Assembly (NCBI GenBank): GCA_041678505.1
Contig: JBAYOB010000001.1
Coordinates: 1,667-65,666, forward strand
DNA length: 64,000 bases
Source of the DNA: Candidatus Dojkabacteria bacterium
GTDB taxonomy: Bacteria > Patescibacteriota > Dojkabacteria > SC72
Direction: 5' to 3'
Position 1 is the stretch's first letter; every line of letters begins with the position of its first letter. Positions 46,522 through 55,302 of this stretch are shown here, piece after piece. A program made the translations under genes and the position numbers. Under the pieces are notes generated by a model. The model saw only the letters and a program-made list of their open reading frames with translations. It had not been told where the DNA came from and did no database searches.

Positions 46522-48975
46522 TTGCTTAAAAACTTTCTTTCTATTAGAATTCTTACTATGATAATGATAATTGCTGTCCTAATACTGTTGATTCTTTCCC
46601 TTCTTTTTATCGTTTTAATACTTATAATTAGTGGTAAAAAAAAGAGTGATGAAGAGTATTACGAAGAGGTGCGAAACCCTTTCATTATGCAGATTTTAGT
46701 CCCCAGAGAGAATGAAAAAGCATCTTTAGCTGCAGAGCAGATGTTTGCATCCATACATGGAATTCTAGAAGATTATCAAAAGTGCCCAGATGTAGTAAGT
46801 TTTGAGATAGCATCTTCAGAAGAGCATGGTATAAAATTCTATGTTGTAGCATCAGAGCATCTTTCTAGGTTCATTGAAGGACAAATATATGCTCAGTATC
46901 CTAATGCGGATATAAAGTATGTTAATGACTATACCAAAAGAGAGAATGAAGAGAATGTTTTTGTTACGACAGGAGAAATAGAGATGGAGAAAGACTACAT
47001 TTTCCCAATCAAGACTTTTATGAGTTTTGAGGTGGATCCATTAGCGGCGATAACAGGAGCTCTTTCAGAGTTAAATAGAGGTGAGGAGGCTTGGCTTCAA
47101 ATAATTGTAAGGCCAGTATCAAACTATTGGCAAGAGAAAGCTAAGAAATATATTACAGCAATAGAGGAAGGAAAGAACCCTTATGCGAATACCTTCTGGG
47201 ATTTTGTTTCTTCTCTTTTTAAGGGAATAGGTAGTGCTTTAGCAGAAAGCCCTACAAGTAAAGTACAGAAGGAAATAGTGAAACTTTCTCCAGGACAGGA
47301 GGAAGAATTAAAAGAGATAGAAAAGAAGATGCTTAAGGTTGGTTTTGAGTTTAGAATTAGAGTGGTAACAAAGGCGGATACTCAATTAAGGTCAGAGCAA
47401 ATATTAAGAGATATGGTGGCTAGTTTCAAACAGTTTACAACAGCCCATCTAAATAATTTTGTACATATAGTGCCAGAGAAATCAGGTAAGGAGATATATG
47501 AAGATTATCTTAAAAGACATATTTCTCAGGAGGAGTTTGATATATTAAATATTGAAGAGTTAGCCTCTCTATACCACTTACCCAACATTTCAGTTGAAAC
47601 CCCTAATATTGCATGGAGTAGGGCAAAGAAGTTAGAACCTCCTATGAATTTACCCAAGAGTACTGAAGATGAGGTTACAGTATTTGGAGAAACGGATTAT
47701 CGTGATATTAAAGTAGAATTTGGTTTGAAAAAGAAGGATAGACAAAGACATTTCTATCTTCTTGGTAAAACGGGAACAGGAAAATCTACGCTATTTAAAA
47801 ATATGTTCATATCGGATGTTTTAGCTGGAGAAGGAGCCTGTTTTGTAGATCCTCACGGTGATACGGTTGAGGAGCTACTAGACTACATTCCTCCTAACAG
47901 GATTGATGATGTAGTATATTTCAATCCTACTGATGTAGAAAACCCAGTAGGATTCAATCTCTTAGAACTTAAGGATAAGTCTCAAAGAGATCTGATAGCA
48001 GATGGAGTGGTGGAGGTGTTTAAGAAACAGTTTGGAGACTCTTGGGGGCCTAGGCTGCAATATATCCTCACAAATACTGTTTCTACTGCACTAGAAGCAC
48101 AAGGGACGACTCTCTTAGCTATCATTAGGTTATTAACAGATAGTAATTACAGGAAGTTCATATTAAAACAGGTCGATGATCCAATCCTATACAAATTTTG
48201 GACAGAAGAATATGCTCAAATGGCACAGAATAGCCGTTTAATAACAGAAGCTATTTCTCCTATCCAAAATAAGGTGGGAAGATTCATATCCTCTGCTGTT
48301 ATTCGAAACATTATTGGTCAGATTAAATCAACGGTGAATTTAAGAGAAATAATGGATAACCAGAAAATACTACTTGTCAATTTAGCACAAGGTAAGTTAG
48401 GAGAAGAGACAGCTTCACTACTTGGGGGTATGGTAATAACTAGGTTACAGGCAACTGCTATGGAGAGAGTTGATATCGCAATGGATGACAGAAAAGATTT
48501 TTTCCTGTATGTAGATGAGTTTCAGAATTTTGCTACAGAATCTTTTGCTAAAATTCTTTCAGAAGCTAGAAAGTACAAACTAGATTTAACTATGACCAAC
48601 CAATATATTGATCAGATACCACTACCTGTTAGGCAATCCATATTTGGTAATGTAGGAACAATTGGCTCTTTTGTAGTAAGTCCTGCAGATGCTGCCATAT
48701 TAGAAAAAGAGTTTGCTCCGATGGTATCTGCTGATGATTTAGTTTCATTAGATGCTTGGGCAATGTATGTTAAATTGTGTATAGATGGGATGACATCTGT
48801 TCCTTTTAGTGCCAAATCACTACCGATTAGATATCATAAGTTTGCATTAAAAGATGATGTTGTTAGTAGGTCTAGAGAGAAATATGGAACAGAAAGAGAG
48901 GTAATTGAAGGGAAAATTAAGAAATGGAGCAATCAAAAATACAGTGATAAGGGGAATAGGTCTATAGAGAAGTAA
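46522..48975 (+). CDS. Membrane-anchored TraG/TraD/VirD4-family (type IV coupling protein-like) P-loop ATPase
   Basis: It has an N-terminal TM helix, the Walker A 'LLGKTGTGKSTL', the TraG/VirD4-type motif 'FVDPHGD' and a Walker B-like 'LYVDEFQNF'. Confidence 0.55.
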   Translation: MLKNFLSIRILTMIMIIAVLILLILSLLFIVLILIISGKKKSDEEYYEEVRNPFIMQILVPRENEKASLAAEQMFASIHGILEDYQKCPDVVSFEIASSEEHGIKFYVVASEHLSRFIEGQIYAQYPNADIKYVNDYTKRENEENVFVTTGEIEMEKDYIFPIKTFMSFEVDPLAAITGALSELNRGEEAWLQIIVRPVSNYWQEKAKKYITAIEEGKNPYANTFWDFVSSLFKGIGSALAESPTSKVQKEIVKLSPGQEEELKEIEKKMLKVGFEFRIRVVTKADTQLRSEQILRDMVASFKQFTTAHLNNFVHIVPEKSGKEIYEDYLKRHISQEEFDILNIEELASLYHLPNISVETPNIAWSRAKKLEPPMNLPKSTEDEVTVFGETDYRDIKVEFGLKKKDRQRHFYLLGKTGTGKSTLFKNMFISDVLAGEGACFVDPHGDTVEELLDYIPPNRIDDVVYFNPTDVENPVGFNLLELKDKSQRDLIADGVVEVFKKQFGDSWGPRLQYILTNTVSTALEAQGTTLLAIIRLLTDSNYRKFILKQVDDPILYKFWTEEYAQMAQNSRLITEAISPIQNKVGRFISSAVIRNIIGQIKSTVNLREIMDNQKILLVNLAQGKLGEETASLLGGMVITRLQATAMERVDIAMDDRKDFFLYVDEFQNFATESFAKILSEARKYKLDLTMTNQYIDQIPLPVRQSIFGNVGTIGSFVVSPADAAILEKEFAPMVSADDLVSLDAWAMYVKLCIDGMTSVPFSAKSLPIRYHKFALKDDVVSRSREKYGTEREVIEGKIKKWSNQKYSDKGNRSIEK

Positions 48976-49011
48976 ACAAGTTTTTTCTAAATATCCGAAT
49001 ATGATAGAATA

Positions 49012-49800
49012 GTGATTATGGCAGGGCATTCGAAATGGTCTACAATTAAACATAAAAAGGCGATAACTGATGCTAAGAAAGGAAAAGTCTTTTCTAAAAT
49101 ATCTACACAGATAACACATGCTGCAAAAGAGGGTGGAGGAGATCCTAATATGAATCCTTCTTTAAGAATGTATATGGATAAAGCAAAAGAGGTTGGCTTT
49201 CCTGCAAACAATATTGAAAAAGCGATACAAAAAGGTACAGGAGAGGGTTCTGAGGCGGTAATATATGATAATTCCTCATATGAAGGTTTTGGCCCTAGTA
49301 ATATTCAAATAATTGTTGATACATTAACTGACAACAAAAATAGAACAGTGGCAGAACTAAGAAGACTTTTTGAAGATGTAGGAGGTAATATGAGCAGTGA
49401 GGGTAGTGTGTCTTGGAATTTTGATGTAAAAGGTTTGATTATAATTAAATGTGGTCATATGGAAAAAGGAGATAAATTTGGAGAAGGAGATGTATTTGTA
49501 AGTGATGATGTAGAAGAAGTAATGCTTAGTATTATGGATTTAAAGGGAGTTTTAGACATTGTGGAGATTGATTTAAATGGTGTTAAAGGGTTAGAAATAT
49601 ATACAGAGTATGATAAATTGGCAAGTGTAAGAGATGGTATAGGTAATATGAATTATATTATTAAAGAGGCAGAGTTGATTAAAGAGGCTAATACTAAAGA
49701 AAGTCTCGATGGGGAGGAGTTAGAAAAAGTCAAAGAGGCTCTAGATAGGTTGGATGAGCATGACGATGTACAAAGTGTATGGAGTAATTTAAAGTTGTAA
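49012..49800 (+). CDS. yebC: YebC/PmpR-family transcriptional regulator
   Basis: 'MAGHSKWSTIKHKKAITDAKKGKVFSKIS' is the signature N-terminus. The likely start is 49018. Confidence 0.85.
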   Translation: MIMAGHSKWSTIKHKKAITDAKKGKVFSKISTQITHAAKEGGGDPNMNPSLRMYMDKAKEVGFPANNIEKAIQKGTGEGSEAVIYDNSSYEGFGPSNIQIIVDTLTDNKNRTVAELRRLFEDVGGNMSSEGSVSWNFDVKGLIIIKCGHMEKGDKFGEGDVFVSDDVEEVMLSIMDLKGVLDIVEIDLNGVKGLEIYTEYDKLASVRDGIGNMNYIIKEAELIKEANTKESLDGEELEKVKEALDRLDEHDDVQSVWSNLKL

Positions 49801-49861
49801 AAAGAGAGGCAATATAGTATTATTATAAGGACAAGAATTTATCTGTAACAATTATGTAATT

Positions 49862-50488
49862 ATGTCTGTAGAAACGCCATCTTCTCTAATAGAACAAAAT
49901 AGCCTTGAGAAATCTGTTCAAGAGAAAGTACTCGGAAGAATAGGACCTATCTTAAGAGCGGAAGAATTACTCCTTCATTATCGGGAAGGTGCTACGGAGT
50001 TTGATTTTGAAGATGGGATATTTATAATAGGTGAGGAAAAACAAGTAGAAATTTTGAAATATATAGATGCTATGTGTTATGTTGGACCATATGAGATTGC
50101 AATGATTGATGTAGTGCCTTTTTATGCACCAAACGAGGAAGGAAGACAAGACATATTGGTTTCTGCTCTTTTAACAGAAGTGCTTCCTTTTAAAAATAAA
50201 GATATCTTTGAATTACATTCAGATATTGATGTTCTTATTACCTGTGATTCGAGAGAAGCCCTTGTTGAAATTGCAAAAAGATTAATGGGAAACGCAATGT
50301 ATGAAAGCCTTTTAAACCCTTTTCCTTATGCGATTTCAATTTCAGATGAAGATGGGACGGAAAAAGTTGAAATACACCATCTCTTAAGATATGTAGGAGA
50401 ATATCCTGAGATTGCAAAAACTAGTAAGATATTTCGGGAAAGAGGAATAACAGGACCATATAGTGGAACTTTCCATTTAAGAGAGTAA
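49862..50488 (+). CDS. Hypothetical protein (208 aa)
   Basis: It is a long ORF with no recognisable motifs, inserted between yebC and ruvC. Confidence 0.4.
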   Translation: MSVETPSSLIEQNSLEKSVQEKVLGRIGPILRAEELLLHYREGATEFDFEDGIFIIGEEKQVEILKYIDAMCYVGPYEIAMIDVVPFYAPNEEGRQDILVSALLTEVLPFKNKDIFELHSDIDVLITCDSREALVEIAKRLMGNAMYESLLNPFPYAISISDEDGTEKVEIHHLLRYVGEYPEIAKTSKIFRERGITGPYSGTFHLRE

Positions 50489-50515
50489 TCTCCCCTGTTT
50501 ATGTTACAATATCAT

Positions 50516-50980
50516 ATGCGAATATTAGGAATAGACCCTGGTTTGGCTACTACAGGATGGGCAATTGTAGATTTTGATAAGAATGGAGATCCGGAAGTAA
50601 TAGATTACGGTTGTATATCTACAGAGAAAGGATTGCCTGTATCTACTCGTCTTTTAGAGATATTCAATGATATGCAGGAATTAATAGAGACATTTAAGCC
50701 AGATTTAGCAGGAGTTGAGACATTAATATTTTACAATAATGCGAAAACTGCTATGAATGTGGGTGAGGCAAGGGGAGTTGTGAGGGTGGTCTTAGAACAA
50801 AACAGTATCCCTGTAAAGGAATTTACACCTTTACAAGTTAAGAGTGCTGTAACAGGTTATGGAAAGGCTGAAAAGAAGCAAGTACAGGAAAATGTCAAAA
50901 TGTTGTGTAACTTAGATGAGATTCCTAAACCTGATGATGCTGCAGATGCAATAGCTATTGCTATAGCCTCATCTTCATGA
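50516..50980 (+). CDS. ruvC: Holliday junction resolvase RuvC
   Basis: 'MRILGIDPGLATTGWAIVD' matches the RuvC N-terminus. The start was re-set to 50516. Confidence 0.85.
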   Translation: MRILGIDPGLATTGWAIVDFDKNGDPEVIDYGCISTEKGLPVSTRLLEIFNDMQELIETFKPDLAGVETLIFYNNAKTAMNVGEARGVVRVVLEQNSIPVKEFTPLQVKSAVTGYGKAEKKQVQENVKMLCNLDEIPKPDDAADAIAIAIASSS

Positions 50981-51030
50981 TTTTCTAATGTGTTTAATCC
51001 TTCCTACCTTAAATCCTGTATAATATATAT

Positions 51031-51612
51031 ATGATCTCATATATAACGGGTATCGTATTAAAAAGTAATATATCTAAAAACTCGTATGTAGATATATTAA
51101 CAGATAGTGGGATAGGGTATAGGGTAAACATTCCTAATTCATATACTCCTTTATCTAAAGGAGAGAAATACTCACTATTTACCTATTTACATGTAAGAGA
51201 GGATACTCAAACTCTTTTTGGTTTTGAAAAAGAAGAGGAAAGAGATTTCTTTGAACAGATAATTTCAGTATCGGGGATAGGTCCTAAGACAGGGCTGGCA
51301 ATCCTTTCAACATATTCTAAGAGTAAACTAGAAGATATTATATTAAAGGGTGACTCTAAGGCTTTAAGTAAGGCCCCAGGTTTAGGAAGTAAGGGTGCAC
51401 AAAAGATAATATTGGAACTGAGAGGGAAGATAGATTTTGATGAAAAAGAGAGTAAGGAAGAAGAAATAATTAAGGAGCTAAAGGAGGTATTAAAGGCATT
51501 AGGTTTTTCAGGAGAACAGTTGAAAGAGAAGGTAACTATTGGAGAAAAGATATTATCAAAGAAGAAACAAATTAGTATAGAAGAACTTATTAAGGAGGTA
51601 TTAAACAAATGA
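51031..51612 (+). CDS. ruvA: Holliday junction branch-migration protein RuvA
   Basis: It has the N-terminal OB domain segment 'GIGYRVNIP' and HhH motifs 'ISVSGIGPKTGLAILS'. Confidence 0.85.
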   Translation: MISYITGIVLKSNISKNSYVDILTDSGIGYRVNIPNSYTPLSKGEKYSLFTYLHVREDTQTLFGFEKEEERDFFEQIISVSGIGPKTGLAILSTYSKSKLEDIILKGDSKALSKAPGLGSKGAQKIILELRGKIDFDEKESKEEEIIKELKEVLKALGFSGEQLKEKVTIGEKILSKKKQISIEELIKEVLNK

Positions 51613-52637
51613 TAAAGTCTACGGTAGATAAGAAAAAAACAGAGAAGAAAAAAGGAAAAGTTGTAGATTCTACATCTACAATTCCAGAATTAGAACAAAA
51701 AATTAGACCAAGTAAGTTAGATGAAATAATAGGGAGGAAAACAGAGAAAGAAACACTAGAAATGATGATAAATTCAGCTCAGAAAAGAAATGAGGTGATA
51801 GATCATATACTTTTCTATGGTCCTCCTGGTTTAGGGAAAACTACTTTTGCTATTGCAATAGCAAATGAAATAGGGGCATCTATTAAGATAACATCAGGAC
51901 CAGCAGTGGAGCGACAGGGAGATTTAGCTGCAATAGTAACGGGGTTAAAAGCTAATGATGTTCTTTTTATAGATGAAATACATAGATTGTCTAAGGTGGT
52001 GGAGGAGGTTCTTTATCCTGTTATGGAAGATAGGGTTTTAGACATTATAATGGGGAAAGGTCCTTCTGCTAAGACAATACGGTTGACACTAGAACCGTTT
52101 ACTTTGATAGGGGCTACAACTCAAATTGGGAAAATTAGTTCTCCTATGCGAGATAGATTCGGTTTAATACAGCGACTAGATTTCTTTTCCCAATCAGATT
52201 TAGTTTCTATTCTTGAGCGTGCTAGTAAATTGTGGGATATTAAGGCGGAAAAGGATGCTTTGAAGATGTTAGCTAATTGTTCTAGAGGAACGGCTAGGGT
52301 AGGGCTTAGATTGTTAAGAAGGACAAGGGATTATGCAGATAAAAAGAAATCAAGCACCATTACAGAAGAGATAGTAATTAAAACGATGCAACTTTTAGGA
52401 GTAGATCTTCAAGGTCTGGAGGAGATAGATAGAACAATACTTAGGACTATGTTAAATAATTTTGCAGGAGGACCTATCGGTCTTTCTACTTTAGCAGCAT
52501 CTATCTCTGAGGATGAAGTTACTTTAGCTGATGTACATGAACCCTATCTCATGAAGTGTGGCTACATTAAAAGAACATCTAGGGGTAGAGTATTAACAAC
52601 GAAAGGTCTAAAATATATAGAATCTGTAGATGGATAA
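51609..52637 (+). CDS. ruvB: Holliday junction ATP-dependent helicase RuvB
   Basis: It has the AAA+ Walker A 'LFYGPPGLGKTTFA' and a Walker B 'VLFIDEIHRL'. It overlaps ruvA by 4 bp. Confidence 0.9.
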   Translation: MIKSTVDKKKTEKKKGKVVDSTSTIPELEQKIRPSKLDEIIGRKTEKETLEMMINSAQKRNEVIDHILFYGPPGLGKTTFAIAIANEIGASIKITSGPAVERQGDLAAIVTGLKANDVLFIDEIHRLSKVVEEVLYPVMEDRVLDIIMGKGPSAKTIRLTLEPFTLIGATTQIGKISSPMRDRFGLIQRLDFFSQSDLVSILERASKLWDIKAEKDALKMLANCSRGTARVGLRLLRRTRDYADKKKSSTITEEIVIKTMQLLGVDLQGLEEIDRTILRTMLNNFAGGPIGLSTLAASISEDEVTLADVHEPYLMKCGYIKRTSRGRVLTTKGLKYIESVDG

Positions 52638-53451
52638 AATTGGTAGGAATATAGATGAGGAAAAGAGAGGTAAACTTCTAGTTCTTGCAGCTTTTATCTC
52701 TATTGCTATCTTTGTCACTAAGATTACTCAAGCACAGGCTCAGATTGTAGTATGGAGAGTGTATCTTAATGCAGCAATATATTTCTTAATTGCATTCGTT
52801 GGATTAATTTGGGCATTTGGATTTCAGATTAAGAAAAAGTCTATACTATTTATTCTTCTTCCCTCCTTTTATGTCTTTTCTCAAGCTCTGTTTATAGAGT
52901 TTTTCTTTTTCCAGAAGTTTAGTCGTATTTATGAAGCCATTATACTTCTTCTGTTAATATTTTTGGCCTTTTTAGGTAACTATGTTTCATTCTTAATGGC
53001 CAATGTTTTAAATGTAGATCTGTTTAAAAAAATACCTCTTGCACAGGTAGGTAGAACCTCTTCCTATCTGGTTTCTCTTCTAATGATGTATTTTTTTACT
53101 TTTAGTTTCCTAGTTAGTGGCTTCCCGCTGTATATTTTACTTCCTCTTCTGTTACTATCATATATTTTTGTTGTTTCTGTTCATTACTCTAATATTGGCC
53201 TAGAGGGTAGGGAGCTTTTAAGAAAAAGTATATTAACAATATTAATATCATTTACTCTTTTTCTAGGGATATTCCTAACAGGAGATGCTCATGAAGTTGT
53301 TGCTGCTATACCTGTTCTTGGTTATTTCTTTACAGTAGGGGTAGTTAGTAGAGAGAGAGTTGTTCACAGTAAAGCTAAAGGGATCTATTTGTATGCAATC
53401 ATTTTAGTAATAATGTTCCTTTTTGCAGTATTTTTAAATATTCGCAATTAG
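52630..53451 (+). CDS. Polytopic membrane protein, hypothetical
   Basis: It has about 7 hydrophobic helices and overlaps the ruvB stop. Confidence 0.4.
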   Translation: MDKIGRNIDEEKRGKLLVLAAFISIAIFVTKITQAQAQIVVWRVYLNAAIYFLIAFVGLIWAFGFQIKKKSILFILLPSFYVFSQALFIEFFFFQKFSRIYEAIILLLLIFLAFLGNYVSFLMANVLNVDLFKKIPLAQVGRTSSYLVSLLMMYFFTFSFLVSGFPLYILLPLLLLSYIFVVSVHYSNIGLEGRELLRKSILTILISFTLFLGIFLTGDAHEVVAAIPVLGYFFTVGVVSRERVVHSKAKGIYLYAIILVIMFLFAVFLNIRN

Positions 53452-53920
53452 AGAAATATGTGTGTTGTTTCATGAGAGTAGGGGGAGGGCACCTTGGAGC
53501 CCATAGTATCCGATGGCCTGTAGTAATCGGTGTGGATAAGGTTCTGCTAAATAAATCTTAGATGAAAATAAAAGAGACAGTATAGTAGAAGTATATCTTT
53601 TTAACGAATTTATATTCTTCTTGTATTTAATCATTTTAAATAATGGGGTTACTTCTTCTCCCCTTTACGATAATATGTTACAATACCAAATATGGCAATC
53701 GAGTATAATCATCCTTATATGCGGTGATGTACTCTGGGGCTTTGGAGGAGACTCTCTAAGATCTAATTTAAGATATTTAAATTAAATGAGATATATGATC
53801 AACCACACTTACCACAATTCAATCCTGTATTACTCTCTCTCATTCATATGTTCCTCATCAGCTTTTCAAAAAATAGTCCCCTACTCTGGTTGTTTAAATT
53901 TTAATTTGATATAAAGAGAT

Positions 53921-55285
53921 ATGGACAATTTCCCTAAATTAGAAGATCAAGATGACTTCTTACTCTACCTTCAGAATAATAATTACAGCATACAGAGCAT
54001 TCATAACTATGCACGTGATCTTTGTATATTTGCTACCTTTCTGTATTTCAGGAATGTAAAGTTTAAGAATATTACTAAGAGAGATATAAGTACGTTTAAA
54101 GGATACTTAGTTGCAGGAGAACATTTAAAAGATTTGGATAGATTTAGAGGTCAATACAGAAGAAAGATTGATACAGCAAGGGTTCAGAAGGACGAAGCTC
54201 TCAGAGGCGATCTAAGGCATGTTGAAATTCAAAGTGATACAGTTACACCTTTTGAAGAGGATGAAAAGTCGGTGAAACATGAGGAGAAGTTTGAAAGCAA
54301 ATTTTTGACTGATGTTTACAGTAAGGTCTATGGAAGTCTTGGGAAATTTTCTAAACCGTTGAATAGTTCAGCTAGGAAAAATAATGGATTGGATCCAAGG
54401 AGTATAAATAGGATGTTATCTGCTTTGAGATCTTTTTTAAGATTCAGAATATCTTGGGATTTGGATGTTCCAATTCCTCCAGATGCAATTGATATGATGA
54501 AAGCAGAAAAAAGGACAAAGAAGGTTGCTGATTTAGAAGAGCTTGTTAAATTAATTGAATCACCAATGCTTTTTGAGAGAGATGAAAGGGTGGCTTTAAG
54601 AAATAGGTGTATGCTAGAGATGTTAATTTCAACAGGTATGAGGATATCAGAGTTGATCTCTTTGGATTTGGAACAGATTAATGAAGATGGTAAATTATAT
54701 ATTATTGGTAAAGGTAAGAAAGAAAGATCTGTGTTTTTAACATCAAGGAGTTTGGATTGGTTAAATAAATATTTAGTGGTTAGGTTAAAATATGCATTTT
54801 TGGATAGGAGTAAAGATGAACAACCAGTAGAAATGAATGGGATTTTTGATGAAAATTATAGTGAAAAAGACCGTGAAACATCTGAGGTTTCTAACTTAAA
54901 TTTAGAAATTTTTGATAAAGGGAATAGGAAATATATAGGGCTGGTTGAAAAGTATAGGAAAAGTGGTCTGTTAAGTAAGTTTGATTCCCCTGCCCTATTT
55001 ATTCCTTTCTCAGGTGTTAGAGCTAAAAAACCTAATTCAAGATTATCTACAAACTATTTACAAGAAAGAATTGCTGTGTATAGAAGGAAGTTAGGTATAC
55101 AGATACCTACCTCTGCTCATAGCTTAAGGCATGGTTTTGCTACCTACTTGGCAGAACAAGGAGCTAGTCCAGTGGCGCTACAACTGTTGTTAGGTCATGA
55201 GAGTTTAAATACTACTACAAGGTATGTCCATGCAAGTGAGAAATTTGCAGAGGAAACTGTTAGAAAGAATCATCCATTGAAATAA
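53921..55285 (+). CDS. Tyrosine-type site-specific recombinase/integrase (XerC/D-like catalytic domain; 454 aa with insertions)
   Basis: Three catalytic motifs are present: box I 'LRNRCMLEMLISTGMRISEL', box II 'SAHSLRHGFAT' and the Tyr motif 'LLGHESLNTTTRYVH'. Confidence 0.8.
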   Translation: MDNFPKLEDQDDFLLYLQNNNYSIQSIHNYARDLCIFATFLYFRNVKFKNITKRDISTFKGYLVAGEHLKDLDRFRGQYRRKIDTARVQKDEALRGDLRHVEIQSDTVTPFEEDEKSVKHEEKFESKFLTDVYSKVYGSLGKFSKPLNSSARKNNGLDPRSINRMLSALRSFLRFRISWDLDVPIPPDAIDMMKAEKRTKKVADLEELVKLIESPMLFERDERVALRNRCMLEMLISTGMRISELISLDLEQINEDGKLYIIGKGKKERSVFLTSRSLDWLNKYLVVRLKYAFLDRSKDEQPVEMNGIFDENYSEKDRETSEVSNLNLEIFDKGNRKYIGLVEKYRKSGLLSKFDSPALFIPFSGVRAKKPNSRLSTNYLQERIAVYRRKLGIQIPTSAHSLRHGFATYLAEQGASPVALQLLLGHESLNTTTRYVHASEKFAEETVRKNHPLK

Positions 55286-55302
55286 CAAGAAAATCCAATT
55301 TT

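Noticed and set aside
51207-51608. Minus-strand 133-aa ORF inside ruvA
   Set aside because: It is antisense to ruvA, which carries clear HhH motifs.
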